Origin: Erysipelotrichaceae bacterium
GTDB taxonomy: Bacteria > Bacillota > Negativicutes > Veillonellales > Dialisteraceae
Assembly (NCBI GenBank): GCA_963651795.1
Contig: CAVJQK010000001.1
Coordinates: 1-27,299, forward strand
Length of the DNA: 27,299 bases
Direction of reading: 5' to 3'
Positions 1 through 7,462 of the stretch are shown one piece after another. The translations under genes were made by a program, and so were the position numbers. The notes under the pieces are model-generated. The model worked only from the letters and a program-made list of their open reading frames with translations. It was not told the DNA's origin and searched no databases. Each line of letters opens with the position of its first letter. Positions within the stretch are counted from its first letter, which is position 1.

Positions 1-2
1 AT

Positions 3-57
3 ATGCGCGAAGCGCATCCTGAATCGCATCAACGCATCAACGCATCCGCGCATCAAC
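3..57. repeat. GAA-loop hairpin + CCTGAATC box + 4 x 8-bp tandem repeat (GCATCAAC/GCATCCGC); arm of a repeat element cut by the window edge
   Basis: ATGCGC-GAA-GCGCAT at 3-17, CCTGAATC at 18-25, octamers at 26-33, 34-41, 42-49 and 50-57. The same octamers recur at 6412-6435. Confidence 0.85.
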
Positions 58-61
58 ACAC

Positions 62-94
62 AAAAAAGCCCGAAACCTTTCGATTTCGAGCTTT
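62..94 (-). terminator. Intrinsic terminator of the tRNA-Trp/tRNA-Arg transcript
   Basis: Inverted repeat AAAAGCCCGAAA / TTTCGAGCTTTT with a T-run on the minus strand, just past the tRNA-Arg CCA end. Confidence 0.75.
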
Positions 95-99
95 TCTCT

Positions 100-177
100 T
101 GGTGACCCCGAAGGGATTCGAACCCCTGACACCTTGATTCGTAGTCAAGTGCTCTATCCAGACTGAGCTACGGAGCC
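100..177 (-). tRNA. tRNA-Arg (anticodon ACG)
   Basis: The reverse complement folds as a cloverleaf: GGCTCCG acceptor, CTTGA-CTACGAA-TCAAG anticodon arm, TTCGAAT T-loop, encoded CCA. Confidence 0.97.
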
Positions 178-180
178 ACA

Positions 181-256
181 TGGCAGGGGCAGAGGGACTC
201 AAACCCCCAACCAACGGTTTTGGAGACCGCTACTCTATCAATTGAGCTATGCCCCT
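181..256 (-). tRNA. tRNA-Trp (anticodon CCA)
   Basis: Cloverleaf: AGGGGCA/TGCCCCT acceptor, GCGGT-CTCCAAA-ACCGT anticodon arm, G73 discriminator, CCA end. The D-loop AATTGATA and T-loop TTTGAGT are atypical. Confidence 0.95.
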
Positions 257-283
257 AGGCCTACCTTTTCAGGTGACTCGTAT

Positions 284-312
284 ATTCTACCAGAGCATAC
301 CACATTTTGCAA
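284..312 (-). promoter_or_regulatory. Sigma-A-type promoter for the tRNA pair
   Basis: Minus strand TTGCAA (312-307), 17 bp spacer, TAGAAT (289-284), with an extended TG. Confidence 0.7.
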
Positions 313-320
313 GTGAATTT

Positions 321-2033
321 TTATGCTTTTTCTTCGCCCAACTTCTCGGATACCGTTTCCGCCAATTTCTCCACAATAGCGCTTTCTTCGAAAATGATGT
401 GGTCGACGCCGGCGTCTTTCAGAATCGCGGCGTCTTGGAAGAAACGGGTGCGCGCGAAGATGTCGATCTTCGGATTGATGTTCTTGGCCGCCATGGCCGC
501 TTCGGCCGCGGGGCCGGTCGCGGGAATGGTGATAATGAAATATTTCGCCTTTTCAATGCCGGCGGCTTTGAGGACTTCCGTTTTCGTAATATCGCCGTAG
601 ACGGCGGCTTTACCTTCGCGTTCCAGCTCGCCGACGGTGTCGATATTCATTTCGAGAATGACGGAAAGAATGCCCGCTTTTTCGACGCTTTCGGCCGCCG
701 CGCGCCCGGTGGGGCCGTAGCCGGCGATAATGGCAAATTTCTTTTCTTCATCGAGCATACGCGTCGCGGCGGATGTCGTTTCCGAAATTTCCGCCGTTTT
801 CTTTTCGGCGCGGTGATTGAGGAAATGCCAGAGCGCCGGGTGCGATTTGGCGAGCGCGACCATTTTCGGCACGGCTTTCATGCAGAAAGGATTGAGCGCA
901 ATGGAAACGGAGGCGCACACGATGAGGACGCTGTAAATATTATCGGAAATAATGCCGAGCGAGAGCCCCGTCTGCGCGAGGATGAAGGAGAATTCACCGA
1001 TCTGCGAAAGGCCGGCCGCAATAGTGAAAGCCGTTTCCGCCGTGCATCCCAATAAGGAAACGATGCCGACGGCGATGAAAGGTTTCACGCAAAGGACAAT
1101 CATGAGCGAAAGCAGGATGATGAAAGGCTGCTCAATCAGGAAGGACGGGCGGAAAAGCATTCCGACGGAGAGGAAGAACAGGACGGCAAATGCATCGCGG
1201 AGCGGAATGAGCTCGGCGGCCGCCTGATGGCTGACTTTGCTCTTCCCGACGACCATCCCACCGAGGAAGGCGCCCAATGCGAAGGATGCGTCGAAGACGT
1301 AGGCGGCGAAAAGGGCCGTCAGAAACGCGGCGGAAAGGACCGTCAGCGTGAAAAGTTCATGAGAATGCGTGCGAAGAATCCGTTTCAAAAGCCAGGGGAC
1401 GACGCGCCCGCCGACGACCATGACGAGGATCCAGAGCAGGACGAGTTTCACGACGGCCATTCCGACGGCCGTCAGAACGGTCATGGCGGAAATCGCTTCC
1501 CCGGATGCGAGTGCCGGCCCGATGGCGGGAAGGAGCACCAGCATGAGGACGGTGAAAATATCTTCGACGACGAGCCAACCGACGGCGACGGTCCCGGCGT
1601 ATGTTTCCAAACGCCCGCAATCCGTCAAAACACGGAGGAGAACGACGGTACTGGCGACGGAAAGTCCCAGCCCGAGGAAAACGCCTTCGACCAAAGAGTA
1701 GCCGTCCAGCATGGAAACGATAATCCCGAAAGTCGCCGCGCCCACGCTTTGCGCAATGGCGCCCGGTATCGCAATGCCTTTCACGCTCATCAAATCTTCG
1801 GTATTGAAATGGAGCCCGACGCCGAACATCAATAGGATGATGCCCGCTTCGGACAAATTATTCGCAAGTTCCGCATCGGCGACGAATCCCGGCGTCAGGG
1901 GGCCGATGAGGAAACCGGCGGCCAGGTATCCGACGATGACGGACATGTGAAGTCTTTGGGCAATGTAGCCGAATACGAGCGCAATCCCGAATCCGACGGC
2001 CATTGTTTCCAAAAGAACGTAAGTACTGTGCAT
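321..2033 (-). CDS. CPA2-family cation:proton antiporter (YbaL/RosB/Kef-like) with C-terminal TrkA-N (KTN) domain
   Basis: 570 aa with many hydrophobic segments, LMFGVGLHF, ASTVV and LSQIGEFSF motifs and a C-terminal IIAGYGPTG nucleotide-binding fold. AGGAG RBS upstream. Confidence 0.9.
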   Translation of the reverse strand: MHSTYVLLETMAVGFGIALVFGYIAQRLHMSVIVGYLAAGFLIGPLTPGFVADAELANNLSEAGIILLMFGVGLHFNTEDLMSVKGIAIPGAIAQSVGAATFGIIVSMLDGYSLVEGVFLGLGLSVASTVVLLRVLTDCGRLETYAGTVAVGWLVVEDIFTVLMLVLLPAIGPALASGEAISAMTVLTAVGMAVVKLVLLWILVMVVGGRVVPWLLKRILRTHSHELFTLTVLSAAFLTALFAAYVFDASFALGAFLGGMVVGKSKVSHQAAAELIPLRDAFAVLFFLSVGMLFRPSFLIEQPFIILLSLMIVLCVKPFIAVGIVSLLGCTAETAFTIAAGLSQIGEFSFILAQTGLSLGIISDNIYSVLIVCASVSIALNPFCMKAVPKMVALAKSHPALWHFLNHRAEKKTAEISETTSAATRMLDEEKKFAIIAGYGPTGRAAAESVEKAGILSVILEMNIDTVGELEREGKAAVYGDITKTEVLKAAGIEKAKYFIITIPATGPAAEAAMAAKNINPKIDIFARTRFFQDAAILKDAGVDHIIFEESAIVEKLAETVSEKLGEEKA

Positions 2034-2059
2034 GTGTATCTCCTAAAATATGCTCCTTC

Positions 2060-4123
2060 TTATTCGCCCTTGACTTTGCCGGAGAGGCGGTCGAGGAGTT
2101 TGGCGCCGGCTTCTTTGGCGGCGGCTTTGACTTTATCCGTGGCTTCTTTCTTCTTCTTGGCTTCCTCGGCTTTTTTCTTTTCGGCCGCGCGTTTGGCTGC
2201 GGCTGCTTTGGCGGCGGCAATACGACTCGCGGTGGTATCGTTCATTGAAAAGGAGGTGACGGGCATATCGGCAACGGCTTCGCTCATGAAATCGCGCCAA
2301 ATGGTCGCCGGTACAGTGCCGCCGGTGTATCCCGCGTTGCTTCCGGAGTCATCGCCGATCCAGACGGCGGCCACGACATCGGGGGTGTATCCGACGAACC
2401 AGGCATCGTGCTCGTTATCGGTGGTGCCGGTCTTACCCGCCATGGGGCGGCCGATGTACGCACCGCCGCCGGTCCCGGAAAGGACGGCATCCTGCAAAAT
2501 GCTGTTGAGTTCCTGAACGGCTTCCGTTTCCAAAACCCGGCGCCCCGGCTCGGGCGTTTCATGATCTTCCAAAACGGTGCCGTTTCTGTCGAGTACTTTC
2601 ACGACGGCATACGGTTCGACGACTTTTCCGTCATTGGCAAAGACGCCGAATGCTTTCGTCATATCCCAGAGCGTCACGCCGTAGGTGAGGCCGCCGATGG
2701 AGGCGGACAGGTTCACATCGGAGTATTCTCCTTCGGTGACGAGGGTGGAAATACCGCATGCTTTCGCCGTTTCTATAATTTTTCCCATACCGACGTCATT
2801 GGCGAGATTGACGGTCGGAATATTGAGGGAGTGCACGAGCGCGTCGTGGAGTGTCACTTCGTCGCTCGTCGTGCGATCGTAATTGCTGGGGGACCAGCCG
2901 TCGTCAAATTCTTTGGCTTGATTGGAAAGCGGGGTCGCGGAGCTGCGCCCGTTCGCCAGTGCGGTCACATAGGTGAAGGGTTTGAACGAGGAGCCCGGCT
3001 GACGCGTCATCTGGACGGCGCGGTTGAAATGGTCTTCGCCGCGGCCGCCGACCATGGCGAGAATTTTCCCGGTAGACGCTTCCATGGCAAGGAGCGCGCC
3101 CTGCGGCTGCGTGATTCCGTTTCCGTCTTTTACGCCTTCGGGCAAATCATTTTTCACGGCCGCTTCGGCTGCTTTTTGCATGTCGAGATCAAGGGTGGTG
3201 TAGACGCGGAGGCCTTCTTTGTACACCGTTTCCGCGCCGTATTTATCGGCGAGTTGCTGAATGATGTAGGAAGTGAAATACGACGCCGTCGCGCCGGTGC
3301 CGTCCGCACCCGGTTTGGCGAGGCCGAGATCCGCCTCTTTGGCCGCCGCCGCTTCGTCATCGGTGATGAAACCGTATTTGGCCATTTGGTCGAGGACGAT
3401 GCCCTGGCGGTATTTCGCCGCTTCAATGCTGCGGAAAGGCGAATAGTAATTCGGACTGTTCGGGAGACCGGCCAGCATCGCGCATTGTGCGAGATTAAGG
3501 TCTTTCACGTCTTTATCGAAATAAACTTTGGCCGCCGTCTGCACACCGTAGCAGCCCTGGCCGAAATAAATCTGGTTCATGTACATCTGGAGAATTTCAT
3601 CCTTCGTGTACTTGCTCTCGATTTCAAGCGCCAAAATGACTTCGAGCACTTTACGGCGAATGGTCTGCTCCTGCGTGAGGAACGCATTTCGCGCGAGCTG
3701 CTGGGTGATGGTGGAGCCGCCCTGGCCGGTCGCATTGCGATTGACGATATTGCTGAACGCCGCACGCATAATACCACGCGGATCGATACCGTGGTGATCG
3801 TAGAAACGAATGTCCTCGGCGGCAATAAAAGCGTTTTGCAAATTTTTCGGCACGACGGAAATATCGACGGGCAGGCGATCCTGCTCGGCGTGGACCGTCG
3901 TGACGAGGCGCCCTTTGCGATCGAAAATTTGCGAAGAGGCGTCCGGCGTCATCGTCTGGGACACATCGGGCAGTCCGCCCCATGTCGCAAACAGGCATCC
4001 GCCGAAAATGCCGCACAAAATAATCGCAAAAGCCACAAGAAGAATATAAATGAATTTTTTGAATTTGGAAGTCGTTTTCCGCGTCGCTCTCCGCTCCGCA
4101 CGTCCCGAAGACTTTCGTACCAT
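2060..4123 (-). CDS. Class A penicillin-binding protein (PBP1A-like transglycosylase/transpeptidase)
   Basis: 687 aa with an N-terminal TM, GT51 motifs EDIRFYDHHG and GGSTITQQL, transpeptidase motifs SSFK, SLN and KTG, and an Ala/Lys-rich tail. Confidence 0.95.
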   Translation of the reverse strand: MVRKSSGRAERRATRKTTSKFKKFIYILLVAFAIILCGIFGGCLFATWGGLPDVSQTMTPDASSQIFDRKGRLVTTVHAEQDRLPVDISVVPKNLQNAFIAAEDIRFYDHHGIDPRGIMRAAFSNIVNRNATGQGGSTITQQLARNAFLTQEQTIRRKVLEVILALEIESKYTKDEILQMYMNQIYFGQGCYGVQTAAKVYFDKDVKDLNLAQCAMLAGLPNSPNYYSPFRSIEAAKYRQGIVLDQMAKYGFITDDEAAAAKEADLGLAKPGADGTGATASYFTSYIIQQLADKYGAETVYKEGLRVYTTLDLDMQKAAEAAVKNDLPEGVKDGNGITQPQGALLAMEASTGKILAMVGGRGEDHFNRAVQMTRQPGSSFKPFTYVTALANGRSSATPLSNQAKEFDDGWSPSNYDRTTSDEVTLHDALVHSLNIPTVNLANDVGMGKIIETAKACGISTLVTEGEYSDVNLSASIGGLTYGVTLWDMTKAFGVFANDGKVVEPYAVVKVLDRNGTVLEDHETPEPGRRVLETEAVQELNSILQDAVLSGTGGGAYIGRPMAGKTGTTDNEHDAWFVGYTPDVVAAVWIGDDSGSNAGYTGGTVPATIWRDFMSEAVADMPVTSFSMNDTTASRIAAAKAAAAKRAAEKKKAEEAKKKKEATDKVKAAAKEAGAKLLDRLSGKVKGE

Positions 4124-4177
4124 GATACCGGTCCTTTCGTTTCCCCACAGAAACCGAACAAAAGGAATATTCGTATT

Positions 4178-4201
4178 ATTATATCACATATGAGGTGATA
4201 T
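4178..4201 (-). promoter_or_regulatory. Extended -10 promoter of the PBP gene overlapped by a palindromic candidate operator
   Basis: Minus strand TGATATAAT at 4186-4178. Inverted repeat ATATCAC-N7-GTGATAT at 4181-4201. Confidence 0.55.
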
Positions 4202-4228
4202 TTCTTTTTAGGAAACATTGACAAGAAA

Positions 4229-4270
4229 GGCATGCGGCATGAGGCATGGGGCATGAGCTTCAGGTGTCGC
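4229..4270 (+). repeat. 4 x heptamer GGCATGN followed by the conserved GCTTCAGGTGTCGC box
   Basis: Units at 4229, 4236, 4243 and 4250. The 14-mer at 4257-4270 is the exact reverse complement of 6398-6411. Confidence 0.85.
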
Positions 4271-4340
4271 CCGCGGAAAACGGCCGGAAGCTTCTATGGC
4301 GCACCCGGCTAAACTCTAAATTCGGTTTCCCCTAAAAAAA

Positions 4341-4369
4341 TTGACGCGCAAACCTTACATGGGTATAAT
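4341..4369 (+). promoter_or_regulatory. Sigma-A promoter of the DtxR/MntR gene
   Basis: TTGACG, 17 bp spacer, TATAAT. Confidence 0.8.
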
Positions 4370-4415
4370 ATTTCCACGAAAGTATTTCCTTATTCCTATT
4401 CGGCGGAGGTGCGCC

Positions 4416-5063
4416 ATGACATCGGGAAAAGAAGATTATCTGAAAGCGCTGTATTCCTTGGAGGATGACGGGCGCATCGTTTCCAATAAAGATTTGTCGG
4501 ATATGCTGCAGGTCTCGGCGCCGTCCACATCCGAAATGATCGTGAAATTGCAAAAGGAAGGGTACATCGATTACCAAGCGTACAAGGGCTCGCGGCTGAC
4601 GGAAAAAGGCCGCCGGGAAGCGGCGCGCATGATTCGCTACCACTGCCTTTGGGAAGTATTCCTCGTGCGGTGCCTCGGTTTCACGTGGAGCGAGGCGCAT
4701 GCGGAAGCGCATCATTTGGAACATCATGTCTCGGAGGAAACGATTGACCGCCTGGACGATTTCCTGGATCATCCCGCCTATTGTCCGCACGGGACACCGA
4801 TTCCCGCGACCGACGGGACGCACGCGCCGCAGAGCCGCCGCCGTCTCATCGATATGCAGGTGGGCGAGACGTCTTCCATCCGCTACTGCCGCGAAGATGC
4901 CGAGCTCATGGATTATTTGCAGCAGGCGGGGATCGAAATCGGCATGAATGTCTGCGTCACGGCCAAAGAGCCGTACGAAGGCCCGATCCGCTTCACGACG
5001 GAGGGCCGGGAATATTCGCTGAGCTACAAAGCAGCCGGCCAAGTTTTCGTGGACGAAGCATAA
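4416..5063 (+). CDS. DtxR/MntR-family metal-dependent transcriptional regulator with C-terminal FeoA-like domain
   Basis: EDYLKALY, wHTH, LTEKG, H.LWEVFL, EAHHLEH and CPHGTPIP motifs. The ATG at 4416 follows a GGAGGT RBS; the ORF track's TTG start coincides with the -35 box. Confidence 0.93.
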   Translation: MTSGKEDYLKALYSLEDDGRIVSNKDLSDMLQVSAPSTSEMIVKLQKEGYIDYQAYKGSRLTEKGRREAARMIRYHCLWEVFLVRCLGFTWSEAHAEAHHLEHHVSEETIDRLDDFLDHPAYCPHGTPIPATDGTHAPQSRRRLIDMQVGETSSIRYCREDAELMDYLQQAGIEIGMNVCVTAKEPYEGPIRFTTEGREYSLSYKAAGQVFVDEA

Positions 5064-5107
5064 ACAAAAAAAGTCGCATGACGAAATTGTCGTGCGACTT
5101 TTTTGTT
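5063..5107. terminator. Bidirectional intrinsic terminator between the convergent regulator and pilC
   Basis: A7-GTCGCATGAC-GAAATT-GTCGTGCGAC-T6. Confidence 0.88.
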
Positions 5108-5132
5108 GCGTATTTTTAGGAAACGAAAACCG

Positions 5133-6311
5133 TCACATGCTTCTTCCGATGGCGCCGAAGACGGGAAGCATGACGGTGAAAACGACGGCGGCGGTGAGCA
5201 AGCCGACGAAAAGCAAAAGAGCCGGTTCCATGACGGCTTTGAAACGATTCATGCGCTCTTCCGTTTCCTCGGTGAGCATACCGGCGGCTTCTTCCAAAAA
5301 TTCGGGAAGGCGCCCGCTTTCGAGCCCGGCCGCGGTCATGTGCGTCAGAATGGGAAGCGTGAAATCGGCCGCTTCCAGCGCATCGCCGACGGGCATCCCG
5401 CTTTCATGCATGCGCCGTGCGTCTTCGATGCGGCGGACGGCTTCCGTATTTTCGGTGACAAGCGCGGCTTCCGTCAGCGCGTCGGATAAGGGCGCGCCGC
5501 TTTTCAAAAGGGCGGCCGCCGCGGTGCAAAAGCGTATTAAAAGGAGCCGTTTCACAAAACGGGATTTTAAAAGCAGGCGATGAAAAGCCGCACGTCCCGT
5601 TTCCGTCCGTATATAAAAGGAAAGACCCAAAGCGGAGAAAAGGAAAACGAGCAGCAGGTACGGCCCGTAGTTTCTCAAAAAGTTTCCCAAAGTGAGCGCC
5701 GCCCGCGTGACGGCGGGAAGGGGAATCCCCATCGAGTGGAAAAGGAGCGAAAAGGACGGCAGGATGACGGTCAAAATCAAAAGGAAAATCGTCAGTGCGA
5801 AGAGGAGCACAAAGAAGGGATAGGCGAGGGCGGCGGTGAATTTTTGGCGAAACAGACGCTCGCGCTCGTAATGCAGCGCCGCATGCCGCAATTGCTCGGG
5901 AAGGGTGCCGCTCATTTCGCCGATATCGATCATGGCGCAGAGGAATTCGGGAAATTCGCCGCTTTGCCGAAAGACGAGCGAAGTCGACGTGCCGTCGGCA
6001 ATGGCGGAAACGAGCGAAAGGATGATGGGTTTCGTGCGCTTCGTGCCGTGCTCGGCCAAAATCGTAAGTGCTTTGGTGTGCGAAATGCCCGCTTCCAAAA
6101 GGGCGGCCCACTCGCGGCAGAAAATGACGAGGCGCTTGCGATTCCGAAAGGCACCGCGCGTCATCGTGCTTTCTTTTTTCTCTTCCAGGCTGATGATGTG
6201 CAAGTCTTTTTCGCGAAGTTTTTTCACGGCTTCTTCGCGCGAAGCGGCCAGAATCTCGGCCTCGGTCGGCGCGGCGCCGGTGCGGTAGACTTTGTAGTGA
6301 TAAGTGTTCAT
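5133..6311 (-). CDS. pilC: Type IV pilus / T2SS inner-membrane platform protein (PilC/GspF family)
   Basis: FCREWAALLEAGI, GEMSGTL, ALAYP, GLESGRL and MEPALLL motifs. The PilC-like N-terminus MNTYHYK starts at 6311; the longer ORF start at 6404 reads through a repeat array. Confidence 0.88.
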   Translation of the reverse strand: MNTYHYKVYRTGAAPTEAEILAASREEAVKKLREKDLHIISLEEKKESTMTRGAFRNRKRLVIFCREWAALLEAGISHTKALTILAEHGTKRTKPIILSLVSAIADGTSTSLVFRQSGEFPEFLCAMIDIGEMSGTLPEQLRHAALHYERERLFRQKFTAALAYPFFVLLFALTIFLLILTVILPSFSLLFHSMGIPLPAVTRAALTLGNFLRNYGPYLLLVFLFSALGLSFYIRTETGRAAFHRLLLKSRFVKRLLLIRFCTAAAALLKSGAPLSDALTEAALVTENTEAVRRIEDARRMHESGMPVGDALEAADFTLPILTHMTAAGLESGRLPEFLEEAAGMLTEETEERMNRFKAVMEPALLLFVGLLTAAVVFTVMLPVFGAIGRSM

Positions 6312-6322
6312 GGGCGGTGAGA

Positions 6323-6438
6323 GTGCAGGGTGCAAAGTGCAAAGTGCAAAGTGCAAAGTGCAAAGTGCAAAAAGATATGAGTGAAAAGATATGAGAAGCG
6401 ACACCTGAAGCGCATCCGCGCATCAACTCATCAACGCA
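6323..6438. repeat. Composite repeat element between pilT and pilC
   Basis: GTGCAGG plus 6 x GTGCAAA (6323-6371), 2 x AAAAGATATGAG (6370-6381, 6384-6395), GCGACACCTGAAGC box (6398-6411) and 3 octamers (6412-6435). Confidence 0.9.
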
Positions 6439-6444
6439 CAGCTT

Positions 6445-7461
6445 TTATAATCCGAGATCGGCCCTCAGAGCTTCTTCTTCTTCGGCGGAGAGGTGAGCGG
6501 TGCGGGTGTAGGCGTCGGCGGCCTGTCTCATGGTGCGCATGCCGCGGCCCATTTCCATGTATCCGATGAGCTGGGGATCGCGGCCTTCGCGGATGATATG
6601 CGCCGTGGCGGGAATATTGATTAAAATCTCGCGGAGGAGCACCGTTTCTTCCTCCCGATGCCACAACGTCTGCGCGGCGACGGTGCGGAGGACGGCGGCG
6701 AGCGTTTCACGGATTTCCTTTTCTTTTTCGGACGGAAACGCGTGTACAATGCGGCCGATGGCTTCCAATGCGCTGCGATTGTGCATGGTCGCGAGGACGA
6801 GATGCCCCGTCTCGGCGGCCGTGAGCGCGGCTTTCATCGTCTCGGAATCGCGTAGCTCTCCGATAACGATAATATCGGGATCTTCGCGGAGCGCGGCGCG
6901 CACGCCTTCGGCAAAATCGGAGACGTCCGTACCGATTTCACGCTGATGAATGAGCGCTTTTTCGGATGTGAACGCATATTCGGCCGGATCTTCGACGGTG
7001 ACGATATGGCAGGGCTTATTTTGATTGATATCTTCAATGATATGCGCGAGCGTCGTCGTTTTCCCGGAGCCGGTCGGACCCGTCACGAGGACGAGACCGC
7101 TCGGATATTGTTTCACGTGAAACATCCAATCTTCATCCGGATCTTTCGGGAAATTTCCCGTTTCGGGCAGCAGCCGGAATGCGGCGCAACAAGTCCCGCC
7201 CGCGCGATAAATATGCAGGCGGAAACGATGCCCGCCCGCGGAAACGGCGGTATCGGCGGCGCCCGTTTCTTCCCAAATTTCTTTCTTTTCTTCGGAAAGG
7301 AGCGCCAAAGCGGCGGTGGGGAAGTCGGACATTTCCTCTTCCCAAATCCGCAATTTTCCGCAAAGGCGAATACGGACGGGGGCGCCTTCGGTCATGTGAA
7401 TATCGGTCAGGCGCGGGAAGGCGGCCGCGGCGTCGGCCAAAGTTTCCAATACGGTTTTCAT
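6445..7461 (-). CDS. pilT: Type IV pilus retraction ATPase PilT
   Basis: 338 aa with GPTGSGKTTT, TVEDPAEY, IHQREIG, ALREDPDIIVIGELRD, AAETGHLV and an AIRNLIRE-like ATAHIIRE motif. Confidence 0.92.
   Translation of the reverse strand: MKTVLETLADAAAAFPRLTDIHMTEGAPVRIRLCGKLRIWEEEMSDFPTAALALLSEEKKEIWEETGAADTAVSAGGHRFRLHIYRAGGTCCAAFRLLPETGNFPKDPDEDWMFHVKQYPSGLVLVTGPTGSGKTTTLAHIIEDINQNKPCHIVTVEDPAEYAFTSEKALIHQREIGTDVSDFAEGVRAALREDPDIIVIGELRDSETMKAALTAAETGHLVLATMHNRSALEAIGRIVHAFPSEKEKEIRETLAAVLRTVAAQTLWHREEETVLLREILINIPATAHIIREGRDPQLIGYMEMGRGMRTMRQAADAYTRTAHLSAEEEEALRADLGL
7109..7124. promoter_or_regulatory. parS: parS site (ParB/Spo0J loading), inside pilT
   Basis: Perfect palindrome TGTTTCACGTGAAACA. 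Confidence 0.9.
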
Positions 7462-7462
7462 A

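Noticed and set aside
4184..4194. TCACATATGAG shared with the purA terminator (minus strand near 20204-20214)
   Set aside because: A single 11-bp match in different contexts; compatible with chance.
2408..4198. 596-aa plus-strand ORF, and similar long antisense ORFs at 14638-15993, 15963-17039 and 17376-18836
   Set aside because: Each lies fully opposite a well-supported gene and has no motifs or RBS support.
4218..4223. TTGACA before the GGCATGN array as a promoter disrupted by the element
   Set aside because: There is no -10 at suitable spacing, and no empty-site allele is available to test the idea.
4298..4322. GGCGCACC plus CTAAACT CTAAATT as the right arm of the 4229 element
   Set aside because: Only two imperfect units and a poor box match; suggestive but not supportable.
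4677..4692. Degenerate parS GGTTTCACGTGGAGCG in the regulator gene
   Set aside because: Three mismatches at conserved positions; plausible by chance.
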